Position numbers and translations under genes: made by a program
The notes under the pieces: model-generated
Seen by the model: the letters and a program-made list of their open reading frames with translations, nothing else
What the model was told of the DNA's origin: nothing
Databases searched by the model: none
Part shown: one piece after another, positions 1 to 9,294 of the stretch
How positions within the stretch are numbered: position 1 is the first letter of the stretch
Layout of the letters: each line of letters begins with the position of its first letter
Virus record (IMG/VR): IMGVR_UViG_3300025066_000012
Span: 49,520-113,519 of that record
Length of the DNA stretch: 64,000 bases
From: a virus
Taxonomy: Duplodnaviria; Caudoviricetes
Strand: one strand, 5' to 3'

Positions 1-193
1 CAATAAAAATTATTATTGATATTATCAATATATAGCGAACCAGTTCTCTCCAATCCAGACTTATGATCTACGGCAGGACACTTACACTTATGCGTAAAGT
101 TGCCGCTGTTAGTCTCGATCATAGAGACTCCCTGACTACTTGCTATATCAGAAATCCTCAGAGAAGATAATATCTCTTTTTTAGAAAAACGTC

Positions 194-1285
194 TCAAAAC
201 AAAATCCTCTCCCAGAGTGGGCGTATCTTCCTTTTAACACCCAAGTTATCTAGCTCTGTATCAATGTCAATAATATTTGGGGCCCTAAATAATTTAGGCT
301 CTGATAATGTTCCGTCCAAATATAGCCCAGTTCCAATATCAGATATCTTTTCTGCTCCACCGGTGTCCAATATAATCCTGCTATCTACTGCAGATGCAAC
401 TTTTAGAGCAATTCTTGCTGGAAAGTTTGCCTTCATTAAGCCGGATATAACGGTTGCTGACGGCCTCTGGGTCGCCAGAATTATAGATATACCTGCGGCA
501 CGGCCCTTCTGAGCCAACAAACATAGCTTCTTTTGTATCAACTTATCTTGCAAGGTTAGATCTGCCCACTCATCAATAACTAAGACAATTGGCTCCATAA
601 ATGTTTTTCGCTTTGCTTTCGCGTTATATTCCTTTGCACTTCTTGTTTTTGATCGCTGCAAGAAAACAAAACGCTCTTCCATTATTTTGGTGATATCTTC
701 TATTATATCTGTAGCCTCTTCTGCTGAATGCACAATTCTCCTTACAGAGGAGACTCCCTTGTAGCAAGAGAACTCGACCATCTTTGGATCTATAAGGTAG
801 ATGATTGAGTCGCCACCAATTAGTGACAATATAAAGTTATGCAATAGCACGCTCTTCCCTGAGCCAGTAGTTCCCCCTATTAGAATGTTTGGCATCTTAT
901 TAAGATCTAAACTTATAGTGTTTCCGTGTGCGTCAACGCCGAGGGCCACAGGAACATAGTGCTCCCTATTTAAGGTCTGATACGTTTCTGCAAAGGATGG
1001 CGATGGAATCTGCCGAGTCTGTATATGAAGTCTATACACTCCGCTGTTCATTGCCGTAAAGCCAGTCGGATAAGAGTAAGCTCTGAGGGCAGTGCCCAAG
1101 TCCCTTAGAGAGCGATCTATCTTTAGAGAGCTCTCTCCCTGCTTTAATGATATATCATATATATCGATATATTCTTTTTCCTCTAAAAAAACGGAGTCAA
1201 CCTTTATTTTAAACGCAGTAAGCAGGCTCTTTAAATTATCTTCTTTTGTTTTCTCGAAAATTTGGACCCGGTTCTCTTCCGACAT
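194..1285 (-). CDS. FtsK/SpoIIIE-family DNA translocase (motor domain only)
   Basis: Walker A GGTTGSGKS, LIDPKMVEF, Walker B LVIDEWADL, LAQKGRAAGI, LATQRPS, ILDTGGAEK. Confidence 0.92.
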   Translation of the reverse strand: MSEENRVQIFEKTKEDNLKSLLTAFKIKVDSVFLEEKEYIDIYDISLKQGESSLKIDRSLRDLGTALRAYSYPTGFTAMNSGVYRLHIQTRQIPSPSFAETYQTLNREHYVPVALGVDAHGNTISLDLNKMPNILIGGTTGSGKSVLLHNFILSLIGGDSIIYLIDPKMVEFSCYKGVSSVRRIVHSAEEATDIIEDITKIMEERFVFLQRSKTRSAKEYNAKAKRKTFMEPIVLVIDEWADLTLQDKLIQKKLCLLAQKGRAAGISIILATQRPSATVISGLMKANFPARIALKVASAVDSRIILDTGGAEKISDIGTGLYLDGTLSEPKLFRAPNIIDIDTELDNLGVKRKIRPLWERILF

Positions 1286-1472
1286 TAATACTCTTAACCT
1301 CCTCTAGAATGTCCTGCAGCGCCGCACGATATCCTATACGTGCAATATAGGCACCGTCCTTTGTGGGGTCCAGAGAAAATTTGCTAGCCTCATCTTTCAG
1401 GAGTCTAATAATTTCATTATTCTTTGATATCTTTTCAAGAATTAATGAGATTAATTTTTCCTTAGCTATCAT
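1236..1472 (-). CDS. hypothetical protein
   Basis: ORF in a tightly overlapping minus-strand run. Confidence 0.55.
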   Translation of the reverse strand: MIAKEKLISLILEKISKNNEIIRLLKDEASKFSLDPTKDGAYIARIGYRAALQDILEEVKSINVGREPGPNFRENKRR

Positions 1473-1822
1473 TTCGCTCCCTGATTTTTCTTTACCCTAT
1501 CAATTTCCCTCTTAAGCTCTCTTATCTCTAAGGCTAACTTAATATTATCATCTCTTAATTTTAGTGACGATCTTAGCGATAGAACTATAAGGCCAAAGAT
1601 TCCCTCTCCTGGGTTTGCCTCATCTAGTGAATCTGCTGCCACCAATAACCTATTCAAGGTAGATACAACATTTTTATGATATCCAGGTGTTTGATTATCA
1701 GGATGTGTCTTATCTGAAAGAAGCTTTTTGTAATCATTGAAGGCTGCCTCTGTATCGTTTCGTGCCTTCTCTTTTTTTGAATCTAAATATCGATTATTTG
1801 TAGGAACCCTTACATCAGACAT
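1469..1822 (-). CDS. hypothetical coiled-coil protein
   Basis: ORF with SD (GGAGG), overlaps neighbours. Confidence 0.65.
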   Translation of the reverse strand: MSDVRVPTNNRYLDSKKEKARNDTEAAFNDYKKLLSDKTHPDNQTPGYHKNVVSTLNRLLVAADSLDEANPGEGIFGLIVLSLRSSLKLRDDNIKLALEIRELKREIDRVKKNQGAK

Positions 1823-2144
1823 TGAAGCCCTCCTTTGATATCAGCATTATATATATGCCACATCTTTTGTGCATTCTTAGAAAAGCCTGTATTTCATGCA
1901 GTCCTTCTTCGCTTATAATACCGAATTGTCTGTATAAAAAATTTATTATATTAACACACTTGTTATGATCATTGCACGGAGCATCAAACAGATTACATGC
2001 ATGCCCCAAAAAGTGGGAAGCCTTTTCTCTGGTTTCTTTTTTAACTTTTGATAGATCTACGATTGGGTTAACTATAGAATTGCAGCAAATAAATCCAGAC
2101 TCTTCGACATGGCCGTTACAGCCAAATAAGATCAAAACATCCAT
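1815..2144 (-). CDS. hypothetical Cys/His-rich protein
   Basis: ORF only. Confidence 0.6.
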   Translation of the reverse strand: MDVLILFGCNGHVEESGFICCNSIVNPIVDLSKVKKETREKASHFLGHACNLFDAPCNDHNKCVNIINFLYRQFGIISEEGLHEIQAFLRMHKRCGIYIMLISKEGFNV

Positions 2145-2231
2145 TAATTTCCTATAGCCTTACGACTTATGCGGCAGAATCAAAACAATATAGCTAGGAT
2201 TAATTGGCCGTTATGTCCAAACCCACAATGA

Positions 2232-3854
2232 TTACCAAGTCCATTCAATCTGACAGTATATAAGGTGTACGTCATCTTCATATTCATCTTCTTCGTGCTC
2301 GCCAATCCTTCCAATGCGAATATGAATATATCCAGTGTTACTAGTTGCTAGCGCAACACTAGCGTGAGTAGCTATTCCGACCTTAAGATTCCCTACTATT
2401 AGCGTTTGGACGTTGTCTGCAGCCCAAGTAAACGAAAAGGGATCGCCCTGAACTTGAACATCAATTCCGCCGCTATCGCTATAAGACATTCCTGTAGCTA
2501 TTTCCCCGTCGGGCTGGGAGCCCTCCCCTACCCACGCCGTAGTTACTACAAAGCTAGCCGGATTAGCTCCGGATGCATTTTTCGGAACAGCAACAGGGAA
2601 AGACGCATAATAGGAACCGGAAGCAGGATAATTTTTCGAAAGGGCACAAACATCGCCAGCTGCAGTTCCAGTGCCTGAGTATATTTTGTCATCTGACGGA
2701 TTAGCCCCGTGAGAACATAAATTGTGTGGCATAACCTGTGTCGCCGTTGTTGTCGGAACTCCAGATGGAGCACCTGCCGCTATCTTCACCGTGTCGGTCC
2801 CGGCAGTCGCTGTTAAAGTAATTCCTGCACCAGCAGTTAAGTTGAGGGTATCTGTTGCACTATCCGCCTCAACGGGGCCTCCAGCGGCGGTTCCTCCGTC
2901 AGCGGCAACAGTTACTGTGGAAAATAAATTTTGTTCAGCGGGAGCCTGCGAAACAAACTCGCTTACTCCGTCATAAACCAGAACGTCACCAGAGCTCGGA
3001 GCAAGCGGGCTCGCAACTGTAACACCCTGAATCTTTCGAGCATCCCACCAAGCAGCGTCATTAAGCGCTGTAATCCCTGCGGCGGTCTTGGCCAAAACTA
3101 TATCGCCAGATACATCAATTTCAAGAGAGAACTCAGATCCAGTTAATTCAATTCCTTGTCCATCAGCAGTATAAGCACCAATTGCAGCATCTGTATAGAA
3201 GTCTCCGTTAGCATCTATACCGAGCGGAGTTCCTCCAGATCCAGATGGAATTCCGGTAATTCTGATTGGCGGATTAACTGCGTCTACAATGTGCAAAGCC
3301 CTAACTGGAGTTACTGTTCCTATGCCTACTCGGCTAGTATCATAGTCGTAAACAAATCCGTTGTCGCCGCCGAACGCACCAGCATCATTAAACTGAACGT
3401 TCTTATCTGATCCACCAGCAGAGGAAGATAGGTCTAAGTAGTATTTCTTTTCACCGCTAACCGGGTTTTCTATGTATTCCGGTATGGCGAGATTAACCAA
3501 TGGATCTCCAGATAGAAGCGCAGCAGCCCTTCTTGACGCCGGGGATCCATATACAAGATCAGAATAGCTTTGGATATTGACATGCTGAACTGCCGGAATT
3601 GTCCCGTTGTATCCTCCGAGGTTTGCGTGAGCCAACTGGCCTCGCACATGGCCTCCATCTGTTAAAAGGACTTTAGAGGAGCGTCCGTTCGCGTGCGTGC
3701 CATCGTGTACGTGTCCAGCGACAAGTGGGTGAAACGCATCAACGACTGTATTATATCCGTATTCTCCGCCGTACAAACGGTTCATTACATCCGCCGTGAC
3801 AATTGTCACGGCGGATGTATATCTAGTTAATTGAGTGTCGGTATCGTTGGCCAT
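2232..3854 (-). CDS. probable virion structural / tail-fibre-like protein
   Basis: Gly/Ala/Thr-rich beta-type sequence with phage fibre-like segments (VQFNDAGAFGGD, RVGIGTVTP, YTADGQGIELTG, PSSGDVLVYDG, DTLNLTAGAGITLT). Confidence 0.7.
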   Translation of the reverse strand: MANDTDTQLTRYTSAVTIVTADVMNRLYGGEYGYNTVVDAFHPLVAGHVHDGTHANGRSSKVLLTDGGHVRGQLAHANLGGYNGTIPAVQHVNIQSYSDLVYGSPASRRAAALLSGDPLVNLAIPEYIENPVSGEKKYYLDLSSSAGGSDKNVQFNDAGAFGGDNGFVYDYDTSRVGIGTVTPVRALHIVDAVNPPIRITGIPSGSGGTPLGIDANGDFYTDAAIGAYTADGQGIELTGSEFSLEIDVSGDIVLAKTAAGITALNDAAWWDARKIQGVTVASPLAPSSGDVLVYDGVSEFVSQAPAEQNLFSTVTVAADGGTAAGGPVEADSATDTLNLTAGAGITLTATAGTDTVKIAAGAPSGVPTTTATQVMPHNLCSHGANPSDDKIYSGTGTAAGDVCALSKNYPASGSYYASFPVAVPKNASGANPASFVVTTAWVGEGSQPDGEIATGMSYSDSGGIDVQVQGDPFSFTWAADNVQTLIVGNLKVGIATHASVALATSNTGYIHIRIGRIGEHEEDEYEDDVHLIYCQIEWTW

Positions 3855-3885
3855 TTAAGATAGGCTCCCATAAATATTCGCCATT

Positions 3886-4170
3886 TTATTTGATATTCTT
3901 AAAATGCTTTTTAATTTTATCACTAACCTTAAACTTCACTGATTGATAAGTGTCCAACACCATTTCTTCTTGAGTTTTTGGGTTTCTAACTGGCCGCGCG
4001 GCGTGAGTATATAGGTAGTACTTTCCGAATCCAACAACTGATACTTCTCCGTCTTCCTCTAGGCCCTCTAAGATCGAGGCGATTGTTGCATCCAACACTT
4101 GGTATGCCTCCTTCTGAGAGAGTAGAGTCTTCGAAGCAATTCTTTTTGCCAATTCTTTCTTGTTTATCAT
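3886..4170 (-). CDS. HU/IHF-family DNA-binding protein
   Basis: NKKEL..IA, V.VVGFGK, R..RNPKT.E, VKFK. Confidence 0.93.
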   Translation of the reverse strand: MINKKELAKRIASKTLLSQKEAYQVLDATIASILEGLEEDGEVSVVGFGKYYLYTHAARPVRNPKTQEEMVLDTYQSVKFKVSDKIKKHFKNIK

Positions 4171-4242
4171 AAGTTCAACTTGTCCTCACGCACGCATGAA
4201 CACGTGTGTTATATCTATAAGGCTATAATTATTAATAGTAAA

Positions 4243-4446
4243 TCAAAGTATATCGTTATCAAATTTCCCATAAAATTTTCTGGACTTATCTAGGTCTGCG
4301 TCCAATTCTTTTGGCTTCTGTGCATAATAATTATAAACATCAATTAAATCATTTTCATCCATGCTCTTGGTATCAATACCATAATTTTGATATATTTCAT
4401 TTACCTTCTCTTCAAATTTCGTCAACCCTCCGTCTCTATATAACAT
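4243..4446 (-). CDS. hypothetical protein
   Basis: ORF only. Confidence 0.5.
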   Translation of the reverse strand: MLYRDGGLTKFEEKVNEIYQNYGIDTKSMDENDLIDVYNYYAQKPKELDADLDKSRKFYGKFDNDIL

Positions 4447-4460
4447 AATTCAAAAGTCCA

Positions 4461-4832
4461 TTATTTTTTATCTGCTTTTTTGATAATTTGCCTACAGATT
4501 TTCAGCATATCATTTACCGGCATTTTAAGCTTAAATGAGTTTATGCAATATGCACACCAAACAACATTCCCATCTATATATCCTTTCTCTGGATCAATAC
4601 AGTCTAATGACATTTTCAGTGGATCATGTACATGATTCCCATTAACTTTCACTATATTAAGTTCTATATCAGAGTAGAAGCATCGTCCGTCTTGCTTGAC
4701 GAACAGATCTTCTATATACTCTCTTGTAATGGTGAATGGCAGCTGCCTTTTGGAGGCTCGCTTTCTTGCACTTCTTAGTGAGGATCCGAACATTACGCCG
4801 GGATACTCTATACATTTTTCTCTCCACTTCAA
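4461..4832 (-). CDS. HNH-like endonuclease-fold protein
   Basis: Q.GRCFYS ... SLDCID..KGY..GNVVW....IN..K pattern of phage HNH-like proteins. Confidence 0.7.
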   Translation of the reverse strand: MKWREKCIEYPGVMFGSSLRSARKRASKRQLPFTITREYIEDLFVKQDGRCFYSDIELNIVKVNGNHVHDPLKMSLDCIDPEKGYIDGNVVWCAYCINSFKLKMPVNDMLKICRQIIKKADKK

Positions 4833-4841
4833 AATGCCCCC

Positions 4842-5099
4842 TTATTCCTCTCCCAATGGCTTGTTAAACACATTGACCATGACATGAAGGCCCTTTTTCG
4901 CCGCAGTAGCTTTAATCACAGTTCTTAACGCTGCAGCAATTCTTCCCTGCTTTCCAATGACCTTCCCAACATCATCCCTTCCAATTCTAACTTCCAGAAG
5001 GAAGCCTTTATCGGATTCGGTCTGAGTTACTTGAACCGAGGTTTCGTCATCAACAATATTTCTGACCATTTCGGTCAACAAAGACTTAATCTCTAACAT
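4842..5099 (-). CDS. khpA: KH-domain RNA-binding protein (KhpA/UPF0109)
   Basis: DVGKVIGKQGRIAAALRTV, 85 aa. Confidence 0.9.
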   Translation of the reverse strand: MLEIKSLLTEMVRNIVDDETSVQVTQTESDKGFLLEVRIGRDDVGKVIGKQGRIAAALRTVIKATAAKKGLHVMVNVFNKPLGEE

Positions 5100-5100
5100 T

Positions 5101-5673
5101 TCAAAGCTCCTTTATGCTTATAATTCTTGATGCTACTTCTTCTTTCCTAGGAACAGTAAGCTCCAAAAGGCCATCCTTCATTGATGCCGTCGTCTTTTGG
5201 ACATCAAATGAAGGGTTTATATAAAATCTACTCTTAAAGTTTCTTCTGGCTATGCCGCGAACTATCATGCCCTTTTGAACAATAATATTCGGAGTTTTAG
5301 CCGGATACTCTTCGATATCGACACCACTTTCCACCTTTGTCGCCAGAACCTCGATAACAGAAGCAGCATTGCCGAGCTCAGTTCGAATATTTTCTGCCGG
5401 CCCAATTGAAGTCAGCTTTGTTCCAGATCCAGTTATACAAATCTCACTGCCCCCGACTTCAAGTGTGACATCTTTTGGAGAATATCCCGCAAGAGCAAAC
5501 GCCATATGAAAGCCGCTATCATCACACCACTGATCACACCTTGGAAATTTTCCAGAAGAAGAAACTTTCTTATTCGAAGAAACCTCTCTGAAAAACTCAT
5601 CATCTGTCCATAGCATTTCCAAAATTCTAGCCGGAACAGAAACCCTGCTAATTACATCCTTTACATCTTTCAT
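5101..5673 (-). CDS. small heat-shock protein (Hsp20/alpha-crystallin) with insertion
   Basis: ALAGYS..DV, RGIARRNF...F, ASMKDGLLELTVP. Confidence 0.85.
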   Translation of the reverse strand: MKDVKDVISRVSVPARILEMLWTDDEFFREVSSNKKVSSSGKFPRCDQWCDDSGFHMAFALAGYSPKDVTLEVGGSEICITGSGTKLTSIGPAENIRTELGNAASVIEVLATKVESGVDIEEYPAKTPNIIVQKGMIVRGIARRNFKSRFYINPSFDVQKTTASMKDGLLELTVPRKEEVASRIISIKEL

Positions 5674-5679
5674 ATCAAT

Positions 5680-5985
5680 TTATTCCTCGTCTTCAATAGG
5701 GGTATCAAGATTTGCAGCAATTGAGTTAGCTGCGTCAACAATATTATGAATGGACCAGCTTGTGACGCTTGCAATTGATGCTCCAATGATTGGATTGATA
5801 TCAAAATACAAGGACAAAAGTGCACCGACCCAAACTCCAGTACACATGGAGCAGTTTATGAGCTTTTCTAGCCATAGACTTTTGGATAAAAGCCTTCTAA
5901 CTGGAGCCATAAGATCTGATGCAACTATTATTATAGTTATTCCAGCGGAACTTAGACAAAATATTAACAAATCAGTTAAATGCAT
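5680..5985 (-). CDS. small membrane protein (DUF1360-like)
   Basis: hydrophobic helices, L.NCSMCTGVWVG motif. Confidence 0.6.
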   Translation of the reverse strand: MHLTDLLIFCLSSAGITIIIVASDLMAPVRRLLSKSLWLEKLINCSMCTGVWVGALLSLYFDINPIIGASIASVTSWSIHNIVDAANSIAANLDTPIEDEE

Positions 5986-6164
5986 TCTTCTTCCATTTAG
6001 ATATAGTTTACTTTATTTATATTTAAATATCAATATTTTTAAGTTAGTCTATGCCGAATTGAGGCGGGGCGCAGGAATCCTGTGAACCTTTTGCCCGAGG
6101 AGCGAGCCGCTCGTTTCGCTGCTCGCCTCAATTATATTTTAGGCAGGATATTTGAAGCGGCAAG

Positions 6165-6404
6165 TCAACCTTTAGATTCGCCCTCATATAAGGCTATTTG
6201 TCGATCCAGATACCACTTTGCTTTTCTCAAATCTTCTAATACATTTTCATGCTTCTTCCCGGCCCTAGAGATATACTTAACAGTATTGCCTAGATTAAAT
6301 CCAAGCTCCCACGCTTCGATAACATTGATTGCCTCATAAGTAGACGAGCCGTCCGACAATCTTTCCCCGCACTGATAGTGGCTCGGATGATCAACTTTGC
6401 TCAT
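6165..6404 (-). CDS. DUF3310-family phage protein
   Basis: VDHPSHY, GFNLGNTVKYISRAGKK, EDLRKAKWYL; start moved to ATG 6404, which overlaps the upstream stop (ATGA). Confidence 0.88.
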   Translation of the reverse strand: MSKVDHPSHYQCGERLSDGSSTYEAINVIEAWELGFNLGNTVKYISRAGKKHENVLEDLRKAKWYLDRQIALYEGESKG

Positions 6405-6571
6405 CTGTCGAAGTCTCCATTGACAGGCCATTCCTCTGTGCAAAACCCAACATCATCCCCATCTGACTCATTCTCATAAATGAATTCTTCTGCAGCTTCC
6501 TCCGTAGAAAACACGGCAACAATTCTGTTCTCATTTGCATATGATTCTTCTGTAACTATATAAATTGTCAT
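6401..6571 (-). CDS. small acidic hypothetical protein (56 aa, not in ORF track)
   Basis: MTIYIVTEESYANENRIVAVFSTEEAAEEF..., with SD; fills the gap. Confidence 0.65.
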   Translation of the reverse strand: MTIYIVTEESYANENRIVAVFSTEEAAEEFIYENESDGDDVGFCTEEWPVNGDFDR

Positions 6572-6578
6572 TTTTCCC

Positions 6579-6821
6579 CTATAGTGGATCTAAATATGGC
6601 TGGGATCTCAGAGTAAAGGCCGGAACATCAGTCTCGGAAATTATCATATCAATCTCTAGGCCGCGAAACTCTTCTTGCTCAAGAAGCATATCCTCTAAGC
6701 TTCCCTGCTTAAGCGGATATGCTGCATGAATTTCAATTACACCAATCTTCCCGTCGTTATTAGTATCAGTTGTTACTACATAATAAGTCATATAACTGGT
6801 AAACTTTTTCTTTTTTGGCAT
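6579..6821 (-). CDS. hypothetical protein
   Basis: ORF only. Confidence 0.55.
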   Translation of the reverse strand: MPKKKKFTSYMTYYVVTTDTNNDGKIGVIEIHAAYPLKQGSLEDMLLEQEEFRGLEIDMIISETDVPAFTLRSQPYLDPL

Positions 6822-7547
6822 TTAAATAACCTCCTTGTCTGCGTCTTCGATAATATGTTCACTTGATATATTATTTGTCAACCTAGAAGAACTCTGAACT
6901 TTGTCACCACCAATGTTCCACAAAGATACTATGCCATGAACATCGCACAAGGTGACCTCTGGCGTATTATCCTGCTTTCTATCTCCGCCATTAGCGAAGT
7001 AGTTTGGATTTATATCTACCAAGGCGGTACACACTGTTCCGTCCGAATCATCAACAGAGCACACAGAATGGACTCTCGCTATAGACTCTAGGATTTCACG
7101 TCGTTCCTCATATGGCATAAAGACATAACCCTTCTTTCTCATTAGCCATTCATCGGAGTTTAAGATTACAATTACATTCCCATACTCTGATGCATCCTGT
7201 ATCATTCTTACATGCCCAACATGAATTGGGTCAAATCCGCCTGATACGCAAACGGTGGTATACGGAGTTGGAACTGGTTTCGGATTATTCATATTATCTT
7301 TCTCCTTAATAAGTTTTGATTTATCTATACATCTTTGACAGACAACTACTCCCGCAATTGTTGGCGAGTTTACTACTTCAAAGTTATTTGATTGATTTCC
7401 ACAGGCATCACAGATTGCAGATTCATCCTCTGGCCCCCATGACTGGTAATCTGCCGCACAACCTACTGAGCAAAAAGCATTATATCCAACATCATATGTT
7501 GTATAGGCCTTATTACACTCTCTGCATTTAGAGATTATTTTCGCCAT
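6822..7547 (-). CDS. cytidylyltransferase-like (HxGH) enzyme with N-terminal Cys-rich region
   Basis: VSGGFDPIHVGH, LNSDEWL.RKKG, FANGGDR, K.QSSS; CxxC pairs in the first 80 aa. Confidence 0.88.
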   Translation of the reverse strand: MAKIISKCRECNKAYTTYDVGYNAFCSVGCAADYQSWGPEDESAICDACGNQSNNFEVVNSPTIAGVVVCQRCIDKSKLIKEKDNMNNPKPVPTPYTTVCVSGGFDPIHVGHVRMIQDASEYGNVIVILNSDEWLMRKKGYVFMPYEERREILESIARVHSVCSVDDSDGTVCTALVDINPNYFANGGDRKQDNTPEVTLCDVHGIVSLWNIGGDKVQSSSRLTNNISSEHIIEDADKEVI

Positions 7548-7550
7548 TAC

Positions 7551-7727
7551 TTACCTGCTCAGAATGTGTGTTGAGCTTTCATGCTGCCCTGCGCCGGTCT
7601 GCCTGACAAACCTTGCCTTCTCATGTAGCTCACCGATTGTTCTTGCCCCCGAGTATGAAAGCCCACCCCGAATGCCCCTCTCTAAATCACTCAGTATATC
7701 CGCTACAGGGCCTTTGTACGGAACAGC
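7551..7727 (-). pseudogene. orphan 3' fragment of a second IMPDH-family gene
   Basis: translates [30 protein letters not shown]...ESSTHILSR*, 46/58 aa identical to the C-terminus of 12443..13462; in-frame TGA directly upstream, no start. Confidence 0.9.
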
Positions 7728-7833
7728 TCAGTCAGTTGCATCAGGTTATCCTCTTCCATAATATACTTTATTATGTTTTAATAATCAAGAATATTAAGGT
7801 ATCTTGTCATAGTTCTCAGAGCGCCTCACGAAT

Positions 7834-8052
7834 TTATGCAAAGCTTTTAATCACGTTGGTCTGAAGCATGGTAAATTCAACTATCTCACAATCCTTAAAC
7901 ATTTTTCTTGTCCCAGAATAAGAATTTGAGTTTAACCAGTTAGTAATTGCCGCTAAAGACCTATAAGCTTTTCCGTTTTTCTTCCAACTTGGATAAGATC
8001 CTCCGTCTGAGAATAATCCAGTTAGTTTATTTCTAATCTTATAAATCTTCAT
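7834..8052 (-). CDS. hypothetical phage protein
   Basis: YKIRNK.TGLFS.GG..P.W.K.GK pattern; similar to 40562..40840. Confidence 0.65.
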   Translation of the reverse strand: MKIYKIRNKLTGLFSDGGSYPSWKKNGKAYRSLAAITNWLNSNSYSGTRKMFKDCEIVEFTMLQTNVIKSFA

Positions 8053-8061
8053 ACAATCCTC

Positions 8062-8298
8062 TTAACTATCTAAATGCTTCCTAATCTCTTGAAACAGCCT
8101 TCTTAGATTTGGAAATACAACATTATCCTTACCCTTGGCGCTTAGAAAGGCGGCTGTGAATCCATGGTTTCCAAGATACTTTTCAGTGACCCTTGTTCCA
8201 TTAACCTTGTTTAAATAAATCCAAGGAAGATTAGCTTGGAACTCAACAGAGATTCCGATGCGATCAAGGCGGGCTGTCAGTCTTTGAATCTTAGTCAT
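8062..8298 (-). CDS. hypothetical protein
   Basis: ORF only. Confidence 0.6.
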   Translation of the reverse strand: MTKIQRLTARLDRIGISVEFQANLPWIYLNKVNGTRVTEKYLGNHGFTAAFLSAKGKDNVVFPNLRRLFQEIRKHLDS

Positions 8299-8301
8299 TA
8301 T

Positions 8302-8910
8302 TTAACCTTTCAATAGAAACAGAAGCTTTTCCTTATCTGCATCCGAAGCAGCCTCAAAGACTGCTTCAATATTTCCGAAGCCTTGATCATTCTTGACCTT
8401 ATAATCAATGATGAAGCTTAGATTCTTATAGAGAATATTGTGGATATACTTGCTGGTAGCAGCAGCATAAACAGCAGCTTCAGCAGCACAAGCCGCAGTA
8501 GCAGCTTCAGCGGCAGCATAATAAGCAGCAGCACAAGTAGCAGCTTCAGCGGCAGCATAATAAGCACAAGTAGCAGCTTCAGCAGAATAAGCAGCAGCTT
8601 CAGCAGCACAAACAGCAGCATAAGCAGCAGCACAAGTAGCAGCTTCAGCAGAATAAGCAGCAGCATAAGCAGCTTCAGCAGCACAAGCAGCAGCATAAAC
8701 AGCATCAGCAGCAGCATAAACAGCATCAGCAGCATCAGCATCAGCAGGATTCCTCAGCCATGCTTCAGCAGTTTCGATTGCTTTCAAAGGTCGTTTATCC
8801 TTCGGATACACCTTCTCAAAGAGAGGCAGAACTTCTCTTGCAAAGATGCAAGCAACCCAAGCGGACAGAGGCTTGTCGAGTCTTAAGTCTTTAACGGATA
8901 AGAGGCTCAT
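8302..8910 (-). CDS. Imm5-like domain protein with Ala-rich repeat tract
   Basis: WVACIFAREVLPLFEK.YP.DKRP.KAIETAEAW followed by A/Y/C/E repeats. Confidence 0.7.
   Translation of the reverse strand: MSLLSVKDLRLDKPLSAWVACIFAREVLPLFEKVYPKDKRPLKAIETAEAWLRNPADADAADAVYAAADAVYAAACAAEAAYAAAYSAEAATCAAAYAAVCAAEAAAYSAEAATCAYYAAAEAATCAAAYYAAAEAATAACAAEAAVYAAATSKYIHNILYKNLSFIIDYKVKNDQGFGNIEAVFEAASDADKEKLLFLLKG
8455..8746. repeat. GCT-rich imperfect tandem repeat (AEAATCA / AAYAA units)
   Basis: repeated gcagcttcagc / gcacaagtagc blocks. Confidence 0.9.
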
Positions 8911-9014
8911 TGTCTTCAACTATCAACAGATATCTAAATCTTATTTATAACTTTAAAAGTTCTCGTCGGCCTGCGGTGGTGGCAGCCGCCCGACGACTTG
9001 CCGAGCGGCTTCAA

Positions 9015-9283
9015 CTACAATTTAGGCGCGGGAACTGTTGCGTCAAGACTCGTTGCAGATTCCTTTTCACGAGTCTCGATTAAGCGGTCCAGATACCACC
9101 TTGCCTTCTTCAAATCTTCCAGAACATTGTCATGCTTTTTCCGGCCCTAGATATATACTTAACAGTATTTCCCAAATGGAATCCCAGGTCCCATGCTTCG
9201 ATAACTTTAATCGTTTCATAAACCGAAGAGTCTCCCTGGGCAGCGCCGCTCTGATAGTGATTCGGATGTTTTACATTGCTCAT
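9015..9283 (-). pseudogene. second DUF3310 gene with 1-nt frameshift
   Basis: MSNVKHPNHY...GNTVKYISRAGK / HDNVLEDLKKARWYLDR; 269 nt, one A short in the run at 9136-9140. Confidence 0.85.
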
Positions 9284-9294
9284 TTATTTCTCCA

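Noticed and set aside
8418-8886. Poly-Leu and poly-Ser ORFs
   Set aside because: Alternative frames of the GCT repeat; only the Ala frame has a sensible N- and C-terminus.
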